A DNA stretch of 63,145 bases from an uncultured Gammaproteobacteria bacterium. GTDB lineage: Bacteria; Patescibacteriota; Microgenomatia; UBA10105; UBA927. This document shows, in pieces, positions 27,270 through 35,246 of the stretch; position 1 is the first letter of the stretch; each line of letters begins with the position of its first letter. Under the pieces are notes generated by a model, which was given only the letters and a program-made list of their open reading frames with translations, made no database searches and was not told the origin of the DNA. Position numbers and translations under genes: made by a program. Where the stretch lies: positions 1-63,145 of the forward strand of contig CAYNJY010000006.1 of assembly GCA_964397755.1 (NCBI GenBank), written 5' to 3'.

Positions 27270-27650
27270 TTACTTTATGGTCTTTTTATACATTAAGAAA
27301 AGTGTTTCTACCGTGCGGTGATTGATCTTTTTGTGCAGCCCCCGGTGAGGGACGAGCGCCCCGGAGAAGTTTTTAGGTACGTGCATGAGCTCGTGGATAA
27401 TAACACGCACTTTATCATCATGAGTAAGCGTATCAAAGTGTTGGGATAGCACTTCTACGACATAGTGGGCGGGTTTCTGGAGAGCCAGTTGCCAGATTTT
27501 AGGGAAGCTCCAAATTCTGGCTCGAGCACGACTCGTTGCTTTGAAACTGCGAACGCAAACAATACGCGACCGTTTGACGTAGGGAAATGGTGTGTGACGC
27601 AGGACGTCTCGAACGAGACGATCAACGTCAGGAGCTCGCTGAATGTCCAT
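27270..27650 (-). CDS. predicted zinc metallopeptidase (HExxH, COG4900-like)
   Basis: IIHELMHVPKNFSGAL and RIWSFPKIWQLAL. ATG at 27650 is chosen over the TTG at 27677. Overlaps the NUDIX gene end by 23 nt. Confidence 0.5.
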   Translation of the reverse strand: MDIQRAPDVDRLVRDVLRHTPFPYVKRSRIVCVRSFKATSRARARIWSFPKIWQLALQKPAHYVVEVLSQHFDTLTHDDKVRVIIHELMHVPKNFSGALVPHRGLHKKINHRTVETLFLMYKKTIK

Positions 27651-28065
27651 AGGCTGAAAGAATTTTTTTTGCCTCAATCAGAAGCGGAATATTCGTTTTC
27701 GGATAGCCAATGCTCGCTCGAGCTTTCGCGATAGTTACCCAACGAAAAGCACTGATCCCTTCGGCTTTCAGAACCTTTGGCTTCTTCCTGCCGCGCATGT
27801 TGAAGAGAAAGTACCGCACTGTTTTCCGGATACGCCCCCGTCGGTAGAAGTAGTAACGAACGGTTGGAAGGGGAGCAACCATATCGACGTTAATAATCCC
27901 GACTTCTTCGCGGATTTCTCGTACCGCGGTTTGCCCCGGATCTTCGGGATGTTCGATGATGCCTTTGGGAAATGTCCAATGGTTCTTCCTGTCACGAATG
28001 AGGAGAACCTGCCAAACGCCGTTCTTCTTTCGCACAATCACCCCACCGGCTGATTCTTCAGTCAT
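27628..28065 (-). CDS. NUDIX hydrolase
   Basis: Nudix box GIIEHPEDPGQTAVREIREEVGI. Start at the ATG for MTEESAGG, with ATGA overlap with the upstream gene. Confidence 0.8.
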   Translation of the reverse strand: MTEESAGGVIVRKKNGVWQVLLIRDRKNHWTFPKGIIEHPEDPGQTAVREIREEVGIINVDMVAPLPTVRYYFYRRGRIRKTVRYFLFNMRGRKKPKVLKAEGISAFRWVTIAKARASIGYPKTNIPLLIEAKKILSAYGHSASS

Positions 28066-28319
28066 TTTTTCGTAACGAGGTATAACACGTCGCCTTCCTT
28101 CACCGCGTGATCGACTTTTACCCCGCACGATTCACCGACCGGTACCTCACGTACTTGCTTGTGCTCTATTTGAAGCGATGCTACGGTTTGGGTAAACTCT
28201 TTATCATGACCTGATATCTTCACGGTGTCGCCGACTTTTAACGGCTGGCTCATGACTTCAACAACCGCAACCTCAAGCTTGTCGTAGTAGTGACTTACTT
28301 TGCCGATTTGAATATCCAA
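28062..28319 (-). CDS. small EF-Tu domain-2-like beta-barrel protein
   Basis: 85 aa (KVGDTVKISG, VGESCGVKV, GDVLY). TTG start preceded by GGAGGTG at an 8-nt spacing. Confidence 0.5.
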   Translation of the reverse strand: MDIQIGKVSHYYDKLEVAVVEVMSQPLKVGDTVKISGHDKEFTQTVASLQIEHKQVREVPVGESCGVKVDHAVKEGDVLYLVTKK

Positions 28320-28360
28320 AGTTCGTTCACCTCCTTCACCCGTCGAAGTCCAACTCCCAA

Positions 28361-29548
28361 TTATTGAGATTTATTGTAATACTTCTTTCCCTTAATTGTA
28401 TCAGGAAGCAAGCTCTCTGTGGTATATGCGCGGTAGCCTTTCCCATAACCGAGATCTTTCATACGTTTCGTCGGAGCATTCCGGATCGTAAGCGGAATTG
28501 GAAGGTTCGCATACTTCCTTACGTCATCGAGCGCGGCAAAATAGCCCTCGTAGGCGCTTCTATCTTTCTTGGCATTTGCAAGGTACACCGTGCCGTACGC
28601 CAAGCATATCTGAGCTTCGGGGTAGCCAATCTTATGACACGCGTCAAACACGCTGTTTGAGACAACAAGCGCCGTCGGTTGAGCAACGCCGATATCTTCA
28701 GCGGCAAAGACAACCATCCGGCGGGCGATGAAGAGCGGATCCTCGCCCGCCTCGACCATACGCGCGAGGTAATAAAGCGCCGCGTCCACGTTGCTAGCAC
28801 GCATACTCTTAATGTACGCGCTGATCGTATTGTAGTGCTCTTCGCCAGTTCGGTCATACTGGAGCGTTTTTTTTTGTGCGGCTTCTTCGATACGCGCAAC
28901 GGTTAGCGTGACAGGGCGAGACCCTGTCAGCTGTGCAGCGATTTCAAGAATATTGAGTAGTACCCGTGCGTCGCCGTTGGCAGTCTCTTTAAGGAAAACC
29001 CGAGCATCCGGATCAATGGTTCGCTTGAGATACACAAGTCCTCGGTCAATAATACCGTTCAGCGCGCCTTCGTCGAGCGGTTTGAAGACCAACACACGGC
29101 ACCGCGACAGAAGTGGCGCAATAACCTCGAACGATGGGTTTTCGGTGGTTGCGCCGACGAAGATGACCGTGCCACGCTCGACATGAGGGAGCAGCGAATC
29201 CTGCTGGGATTTGTTAAAACGGTGTATTTCATCGAGGAAAAAGATCGTAGACTGTCTGTTTTGCTCGTGGCGATCCTTTGCTTTTTTGATGATCAAACGC
29301 ACATCGGCAAGAGTCGTGTTCACAGCAGATTGAGAGACAAAATAGGTGTCGGTCATCTGCGCAAGGATATGCGCAAGCGTGGTTTTTCCGCTTCCGGGCG
29401 GGCCCCAGAAAATCATCGACGGAAGGAAACCAGAGGAGAGAAGCATTCGTATAATTCCGCTTCTCCCGACGAGATGATCTTGGCCGACAACGTCATCGAG
29501 AGACTGCGGTCTAAGGATATCTGCGAGTGGTCGGCTGGATGAACCCAT
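28361..29548 (-). CDS. rarA: replication-associated recombination protein A (AAA+ ATPase)
   Basis: WGPPGSGKTTLA Walker A, FFLDEIHRFNK Walker B, and the MgsA C-terminal region (DAALYYLARM). Confidence 0.9.
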   Translation of the reverse strand: MGSSSRPLADILRPQSLDDVVGQDHLVGRSGIIRMLLSSGFLPSMIFWGPPGSGKTTLAHILAQMTDTYFVSQSAVNTTLADVRLIIKKAKDRHEQNRQSTIFFLDEIHRFNKSQQDSLLPHVERGTVIFVGATTENPSFEVIAPLLSRCRVLVFKPLDEGALNGIIDRGLVYLKRTIDPDARVFLKETANGDARVLLNILEIAAQLTGSRPVTLTVARIEEAAQKKTLQYDRTGEEHYNTISAYIKSMRASNVDAALYYLARMVEAGEDPLFIARRMVVFAAEDIGVAQPTALVVSNSVFDACHKIGYPEAQICLAYGTVYLANAKKDRSAYEGYFAALDDVRKYANLPIPLTIRNAPTKRMKDLGYGKGYRAYTTESLLPDTIKGKKYYNKSQ

Positions 29549-29554
29549 CGGAGC

Positions 29555-30664
29555 TCATTGTACCACCGTTTCCCACGGTAATCCATCGCGGCCGAAGTGG
29601 CCGTAGCGAGCAGTTTCCCGGTAAATGGGCCGCTGCAGGTTCAGCGTATCAATAATCCCGCGGACAGAAAGATCAAGGAGTCCCCATGCGAAATCTTCTA
29701 CCGTTTTTATCCGTTTTTTTTCCGTACCGAAACACTCGAGGCTCTTTGCAAGAGGCTCCCGGTGCCCGATGACATAGGCAACACTGACTTCGCAGCGCTT
29801 TGCAAAACCGTGCGCAACAATATTCTTTGCGATGTAGCGACACGCGTAGGCTGCGCTTCGATCGACTTTAGTCGGGTCTTTGCCGCTAAAGCACCCGCCG
29901 CCGTGCCGCGCCATCGCGCCGTATGTGTCTACGATGATTTTACGTCCTGTTACTCCGGTATCAGAAGCTGGGCCGCCAATTTCCCACTTACCGGTGCCGT
30001 TAACCACGACAGCATCAGAGGCTGGCAATCGAAAGTGATAACGACTAAGCACAGGTTGGACAACATGACGGATGAGATAGTTCTTTACGTTGACGTTGCT
30101 GTACTTCGGATCATGGGGGACCGCGAGAACTACGTGCTCCACCGCGTGTGGCTTTCCGTTTTCGTAGATAACCTTCACCTCGCTCTTGCCGTCGGGACGC
30201 AGACATGGTATTACCTTTGACTCCCGTGCTTTATCCATTTCTTCAACAAGCCGGTGCGCAAGAATAATCGGTATAGGCATAAGCTCGGGCGTTTCACTGC
30301 AGGCATAGCCGAACATCATCCCCTGATCTCCCGCGCCGCCGGTATCAACACCGGCCGCGATGTCGGGAGATTGTTCATGGATGTAGATGGAAATGGGAGA
30401 CTTGTCCCAAAAATTGTACGCTTTCTTCGAGTAGCCAAGCGACCGTATGACGCCACGAGCGATTGATTCGTAGGGAATTGGTTTCGGACAGGTGACTTCT
30501 CCTGCCATGACGACCCGGTTTTTCGTGACGAGTGTCTCGACTGCAACACGTGATTTTGGGTATATTGCAAGCGCCGCATCAACGATAGCATCTGATATTT
30601 GATCACAGACCTTGTCGGGATGACCTGCTGCCACCGATTCTGACGTAAAGTGCGTAGCATTCAT
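29555..30664 (-). CDS. metK: S-adenosylmethionine synthase
   Basis: FTSESVAAGHPDKVCDQISD, GAGDQGMMFGYA and GGGCFSGKDPTKVDRS. Start at the ATG for MNATHFTSE. Confidence 0.95.
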   Translation of the reverse strand: MNATHFTSESVAAGHPDKVCDQISDAIVDAALAIYPKSRVAVETLVTKNRVVMAGEVTCPKPIPYESIARGVIRSLGYSKKAYNFWDKSPISIYIHEQSPDIAAGVDTGGAGDQGMMFGYACSETPELMPIPIILAHRLVEEMDKARESKVIPCLRPDGKSEVKVIYENGKPHAVEHVVLAVPHDPKYSNVNVKNYLIRHVVQPVLSRYHFRLPASDAVVVNGTGKWEIGGPASDTGVTGRKIIVDTYGAMARHGGGCFSGKDPTKVDRSAAYACRYIAKNIVAHGFAKRCEVSVAYVIGHREPLAKSLECFGTEKKRIKTVEDFAWGLLDLSVRGIIDTLNLQRPIYRETARYGHFGRDGLPWETVVQ

Positions 30665-30668
30665 ATAC

Positions 30669-30692
30669 AAAAAAGCTCTCCCGAAGGAGAGC
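30669..30692 (-). terminator. riboswitch expression-platform terminator
   Basis: Minus strand reads GCTCTCC-TTCG-GGAGAGC followed by TTTTTT. The U-tract ends 4 nt before the metK ATG. Confidence 0.7.
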
Positions 30693-30811
30693 GGTTTTCC
30701 CTCCTGGGCATATCATTCCCGTCAGCTGGCGGGCTAGTTGTGGCACCCTGAGCGAGCGAAGGGTTGCCGGGTGGATCAGCAAGCTAGATCCCTCCCCGCC
30801 ACTCTGAATAT
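30693..30811 (-). promoter_or_regulatory. SAM-I (S-box) riboswitch aptamer
   Basis: Minus strand reads ATATTCAGAGTGGCGGGGAGGGATCTAGC...GATCCACCCGGCAACC...GGTGCCACAACTAGC...GGGAATGATAT. It carries the conserved GAGGGA, CCCGGCAACC and GGTGCCA blocks directly upstream of metK. Confidence 0.8.
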
Positions 30812-30827
30812 CTTCGATCTTTTTACA

Positions 30828-32204
30828 CTACCCCATGTCGCCTCTTCTTGTCAAGTGAAGCCCCTTGACGCTGCCAAACGCAATCCGGTCAAGCACTTTC
30901 TGCTCCATGTGGAGCATCCGGGCAGGGAAAACCATACATTTCCCCCAGCGCTGGGCGATAGTATCCAAAGCCTGGGTCAGACGTTCTTTTCGTACCTCCT
31001 CCGTAAGCAAGCTCTCTTGGCTATAAAGATCAGACGTGAGATGGTAAGAAGTAACTGCTAAAGTCCGCACGGGTTTCTCTGGCGCTTGCTTAAGTAGCAC
31101 CGACGCTACGAGGTACAGATCGCTACTTGCGTAGACGGGTGTTGGCAGCTTTTTCCCCTTGCGCCAGTACGAGAAGTCAGCAAAGAGGCAGGAGATGTGG
31201 ATACCACAAGCCCGATAGTTATTGAGTCGAAGCCGTCTTCCTACCTTCTCGGTCAGTTGACAGAGTATCTGGTGGAGCCTCACATCCGATGGTCTGTACG
31301 GGGTATAGAGCGCATAGGAGTGGCCAACGCTCTTCTGTTCGATTTCCGCTTGTCCCGGTGTCACACCGGGATTCCATCCATGGAGTCGCAACCACCAGTG
31401 GTAGCCTGTAATCGACTGAAAAGCAGAAACGAGGGCTGAGGCAGAAACCTGATAGAAGGCCAGGGCACTCGTGATCCCGCAACGCCTGAGCCTGCCTCCA
31501 TAGCCTTCTTTGATACCACAAAGGTCTTCTAGGGCCAACGGAGTAAGGATTGCTTCAATATTTTCCTTGGTAATAACATCCAGGCCGTCTGGCTTGTGAA
31601 GGCCGGAGGCAATCTTTGCAAGATAGAGATTGGGGGCAATGCCGATCGACACCGTCAGCCACCCACCAATCTCCTGTTTAATACGGTTTTTGATCTCTTG
31701 AGCAATTCCTATCATCGTCGATACAATCGGACCCCGTGGAAAATTGTTATATTGTTGTATTGTTAAATTGTTAGTTTTAACATGCAGTGTTTTCTCTTTG
31801 TTTCTCCAGCAATATAGCAATTTAGCAATATAACAATCCAGATTCATGACCATTTCATCAATCGAACATACTCTCACATCGCTTGCGTACTCACGCAGGA
31901 GCACCAGGAGCTTCCGATTGACGAAGCGGTACTTGGACGGATCCGATGGCAGGATGATTAACGAAGGACACAACTGTTTGCCCTCAGCTACCCGCATGCC
32001 GGTTGCCACTCCGAAGCGCTTTGCTTCAACCGAGGCTGCCAAAATACAGCCACGTGGGGTCGTGTACGCGGCAACCGCGACCGGTTTACCCCGAAGGAGC
32101 GGGTTTGCCTGCTGCTCGATAGCGGCAAAGCAGGAGTTTAAATCTACATGTACTATAGTGGGAGAGGCCGGGTTAAAACCAAAATTGAAGTCTGTTGCTT
32201 CCAT
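30828..32204 (-). CDS. Y-family DNA polymerase (DinB/UmuC-like) with an internal insertion
   Basis: IVHVDLNSCFAAIEQ, CSIDEM (catalytic D and DE retained) and SIGIAPNLYLAKIASGLHKPDG. Start at the ATG for MEATDF; the ORF-track start is TTG at 32219. Confidence 0.85.
   Translation of the reverse strand: MEATDFNFGFNPASPTIVHVDLNSCFAAIEQQANPLLRGKPVAVAAYTTPRGCILAASVEAKRFGVATGMRVAEGKQLCPSLIILPSDPSKYRFVNRKLLVLLREYASDVRVCSIDEMVMNLDCYIAKLLYCWRNKEKTLHVKTNNLTIQQYNNFPRGPIVSTMIGIAQEIKNRIKQEIGGWLTVSIGIAPNLYLAKIASGLHKPDGLDVITKENIEAILTPLALEDLCGIKEGYGGRLRRCGITSALAFYQVSASALVSAFQSITGYHWWLRLHGWNPGVTPGQAEIEQKSVGHSYALYTPYRPSDVRLHQILCQLTEKVGRRLRLNNYRACGIHISCLFADFSYWRKGKKLPTPVYASSDLYLVASVLLKQAPEKPVRTLAVTSYHLTSDLYSQESLLTEEVRKERLTQALDTIAQRWGKCMVFPARMLHMEQKVLDRIAFGSVKGLHLTRRGDMG
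31743..31839. repeat. inverted blocks of octamer tandem repeats inside the polymerase gene
   Basis: (ATTGTTNN)x4 at 31743-31774 and (AGCAATNN/AACAATNN)x4 at 31808-31839 are reverse complements of each other in unit sequence. They flank a 33-nt core. Confidence 0.7.
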
Positions 32205-32220
32205 AAGAAAATAAAACAAC

Positions 32221-32481
32221 TTAACAATTCTCTCCGTTGTCTACTTCCATCAGTTTCCACATCAGCGTCTCTGTGTTTAATTGAAGTTTGAAAAAGGTAT
32301 TTCCGTCGGTTACCGAAAAAATGTGAAGAAGCGTCCGCCCTTCCCGTGTGGTGTGATGCAAGCCTACTTTAGTAACCGTATACCGTCGTCCGCGCCAGTA
32401 GAGAGAGGTAGGCGCCACGGATCGCTTGAGATGGTTAAACAAAAGATTTACCGAAATAGACTCGTCTATGACTTCTCCCAT
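32221..32481 (-). CDS. hypothetical 86-aa protein upstream of the Y-family polymerase
   Basis: ATG-initiated ORF ending 1 nt before the polymerase TTG (16 nt before its ATG). A TTGACA-17-TATTTT promoter-like sequence lies upstream. No family recognised. Confidence 0.5.
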   Translation of the reverse strand: MGEVIDESISVNLLFNHLKRSVAPTSLYWRGRRYTVTKVGLHHTTREGRTLLHIFSVTDGNTFFKLQLNTETLMWKLMEVDNGENC

Positions 32482-32541
32482 AAGGCTATATAACTAAAAT
32501 ATACCCGAATGATCAACGTGTCAATTCCATCAAACCCTATC

Positions 32542-32577
32542 ATCACAAAATTATGCACGTGCACATAATTTTGTGAT
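32542..32577. promoter_or_regulatory. 36-bp near-perfect palindrome between divergent operons (candidate operator)
   Basis: ATCACAAAATTATG-CACGTGCA-CATAATTTTGTGAT has 14-nt perfect arms and a centre containing the palindrome GCACGTGC. It lies between the polymerase-operon promoter and tdk. Confidence 0.6.
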
Positions 32578-32626
32578 AGCTATTTTCCTTCTTCTCATGT
32601 GAAAAAAGGGGCAGTAGAATGGGTGT

Positions 32627-33208
32627 ATGAAAGGCAAGCTGGGTTATCTTGAAGTCATCGCCGGACCCATGTTCTCCGGGAAAACCGAGGAGCTCATTCG
32701 GCAAGTCAAACGGGCTTCTATTGGCAAAAGGAAAACACAGGTCTTCAAGCCGCACCTGGACAACCGCTACGGCAACGAGAAAAGGCTGTACTCGCATGCG
32801 GGCATAAGCTTCAATTCAGAGCTTGTCAAAAAACCTCAGGAAATCACGCAACTTCTGAAAAAAGGCACCGAGTTGATTGCCATAGATGAGGCCCAGTGGT
32901 TTGGAAAAGAACTTGTTGAAGTGATTAAGACGCTTCTTAAAAAAGGCAAGAAGATTCTGGTTGCGGGCTTAGCCATGACGTTTGACCGCCAACCATTTGA
33001 GCCCATCCCCACCCTCATGGCCATGGCGGACAAAGTAACGAAGCTTTCCGCCATTTGTTATATCTGCGGCGACGAGGCGGTTTTTCACAAACGGGTCACC
33101 AAAAATACGAAAAACGTCGATGCGAGAACACCCGACCCGTCGTTTGTCTCCAAACTCGATATTTCAATCTTCCAAGCCCGCTGCCGTCGGTGCTTTTCCA
33201 AACCCTAA
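32627..33208 (+). CDS. tdk: thymidine kinase
   Basis: GPMFSGKTEELIR P-loop, IDEAQWF, and C-terminal zinc-ribbon cysteines CYICG...CRRC. Confidence 0.9.
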   Translation: MKGKLGYLEVIAGPMFSGKTEELIRQVKRASIGKRKTQVFKPHLDNRYGNEKRLYSHAGISFNSELVKKPQEITQLLKKGTELIAIDEAQWFGKELVEVIKTLLKKGKKILVAGLAMTFDRQPFEPIPTLMAMADKVTKLSAICYICGDEAVFHKRVTKNTKNVDARTPDPSFVSKLDISIFQARCRRCFSKP

Positions 33209-33290
33209 TTGCGCCGTATTTCTCCCTTGAAAAATAGGTTTTTCCCAGTAATTTCCAACGCGCGCATATTTAGGATATACTATATGGCAG

Positions 33291-33363
33291 GGCGCCATCG
33301 TCTAGCGGCCTAGGACAATGGGTTTTCAGCCCATTTACACCGGTTCGAATCCGGTTGGCGCTA
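33291..33363 (+). tRNA. tRNA-Glu(UUC)
   Basis: Acceptor GGCGCCA/TGGCGCT, D arm GTCTAGCGGCCTAGGAC typical of tRNA-Glu, anticodon loop TTTTCAG, T arm ACCGG-TTCGAAT-CCGGT. No encoded CCA. Confidence 0.9.
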
Positions 33364-33424
33364 CTAAAAGTTCCGCTTAAGAGGTACATGCTTTTTCATT
33401 TCCGCGCTATATATAACAGCGTAT

Positions 33425-34360
33425 ATGGTGAGAAGACTGCAATGGAACGAGGAGACTCGAGCGCTCTGGCGGGAAAGCTTGAAGACCAACGATTTACAGG
33501 CTCCCTTTCTTTCGTACGAATGGCACCACACGTGGCATTCACACCTCGGGCAGGACTACGGCGCCTACCTCCTCTACGATCAGGAGTCAGCCGTTCTTGC
33601 CCCCTTTGCACGCACCAGAAACCACGTTATCTTCTCGGGTGGCTACGAGGTAGCTGACTACCTTGACGTTATCGGCCCAAACGAGGCGAAACAAAGAGCG
33701 TGGAAAAACTGTTTCCGCTTCCTTAAAGACAGTGACGTACGGCTAATTGAGCTTCGAAATATCCCACAGAGTTCCCAAACCGTCGCATTTCTCAAATCGC
33801 TTTCAAGTACTCAAGCTCACATTGTACAAGAAGACACCACTCCGATTATCAGACTCCCCAAAACTTGGGGCGAGTACGTCGCCCGTCTTTCTCAAAAAAA
33901 TAGACACGAGCTCAGGCGAAAAATGCGTAAGTTTGAATCAGAACACCCAGCTGTTCAGTGTACTATCCAAACGGGTGACGAGGCAGATATTGACACGCTC
34001 ATTCGTTTAATGAAGAGAGATCCGCGAAAACGGAAGTTTCTCACGCCATCGGTAGCATCCTTCTTTGAGTCCATCCCATCGATTGTGGGTAAGGATCTCC
34101 TCACTTTTACCCTCACCTCCTCTGGCTCTGTCGTTGCAGCGGTCCTCGCATTCTATGCTGATGGGAAGCTCCTCACGTATAATTCAGGGTTTGATGAGCA
34201 TGGCTTTCCGGGCGCTGGCTTTTACCTGAAGGCACGTACGATTGCGTACGTAATCGAGCAAGGCTATAACGAGTATAATTTTCTCCAAGGATCGGAGGCG
34301 TACAAGTACGATCTGGGAGCCACTGATTTTTTTGTGTATAAAGCAACCATAAGCCTATGA
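33425..34360 (+). CDS. GNAT-fold acyltransferase, Acetyltransf_6 (CelD/BioF2/Fem-like) family
   Basis: C-terminal FYADGKLLTYNSGFD...AGFYLKARTIAYVIEQGYNEYNFLQGSEAYKYDLGA resembles the CelD-like GNAT family. It starts 62 nt after tRNA-Glu. Confidence 0.7.
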   Translation: MVRRLQWNEETRALWRESLKTNDLQAPFLSYEWHHTWHSHLGQDYGAYLLYDQESAVLAPFARTRNHVIFSGGYEVADYLDVIGPNEAKQRAWKNCFRFLKDSDVRLIELRNIPQSSQTVAFLKSLSSTQAHIVQEDTTPIIRLPKTWGEYVARLSQKNRHELRRKMRKFESEHPAVQCTIQTGDEADIDTLIRLMKRDPRKRKFLTPSVASFFESIPSIVGKDLLTFTLTSSGSVVAAVLAFYADGKLLTYNSGFDEHGFPGAGFYLKARTIAYVIEQGYNEYNFLQGSEAYKYDLGATDFFVYKATISL

Positions 34361-35097
34361 ACATTACGTCACATAGAACAGAAAAAATTGTGCCCGGAAT
34401 GGATCTTATTTCTGTCCTCGATTCCGCTCTTCCACTAGTAACCAGCCGCAGCGTTGTCGTGGTCACTTCAAAAATCATCAGCATCTGCCAGGCCCGGCTG
34501 GTAAAAAATGACGGAACAGTCGATAAACATGATGTAATCCGTAAAGAAGCGCAGCAGTATATCGATGCGACGGAATCCAAATACGACGTGTTTATCACCA
34601 TCAAAAACGATATTGTTATCGCTAATAGCGGGGTTGACGAAAGTAACGGCGGCGGATATTTTGTGCTATGGCCGGAGAATCCGTTTGCCGAGGCAGCCCG
34701 GATTTGGCACCATCTTCGTCAGAAGCATCACATAAGTAACCTTGGAGTAATTATCACCGACAGCCGCATTGCGCCGCTTCGCTGGGGAACTTTGGGCATA
34801 GGAATCGCCTACTGCGGGTTTCAACCTCGGAAAAACTACATTGGCACACCGGATGTCTTTGGACGCAAACTCCGCATGACGCACCAAAGCGTCCTTGATG
34901 GACTTGCCGCCGCTTCTGTCGTACTCATGGGTGAAGGCAACGAGCAGACGCCGATTGCTGTCATCACCGAGGTCCCGTTTGTCGAATTTGAGGATAGGCC
35001 CCCAACCGAAAGCGAAATCGCCTCTCTACGTATCGACCCCAAAGACGACCTCTTTGCGCCGCTTCTTGATTCGCCTAAATGGAAACGAGGTGGGTGA
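34357..35097 (+). CDS. F420-0:gamma-glutamyl ligase (CofE)-like protein
   Basis: VVVTSKIISI, ANSGVDESN, GVIITDS and GTLGIGIAY-type motifs of the CofE/F420-ligase fold. ATGA overlap with the GNAT gene. Confidence 0.75.
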   Translation: MNITSHRTEKIVPGMDLISVLDSALPLVTSRSVVVVTSKIISICQARLVKNDGTVDKHDVIRKEAQQYIDATESKYDVFITIKNDIVIANSGVDESNGGGYFVLWPENPFAEAARIWHHLRQKHHISNLGVIITDSRIAPLRWGTLGIGIAYCGFQPRKNYIGTPDVFGRKLRMTHQSVLDGLAAASVVLMGEGNEQTPIAVITEVPFVEFEDRPPTESEIASLRIDPKDDLFAPLLDSPKWKRGG

Positions 35098-35204
35098 TAT
35101 GACCACAATTCACGATCGTTTGGGTGCTGACTGATCCTGCACCACTGCCTTGGCCTAGTCGCTATGGCGTTTGGAGCAAGTATTGGCGTGCGAAGTTATC
35201 TTGT

Positions 35205-35246
35205 CCCGCTGGTTTCTTGCCCATCTTCGTCAGATGGCAACCAGGG
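35205..35246. other. strong imperfect hairpin in a 217-nt ORF-poor spacer
   Basis: CCCGCTGGTT-TCTT-GCCCATC-TTCGTCA-GATGGC-AACCAGGG. No adjacent T-tract on either strand. Confidence 0.5.
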
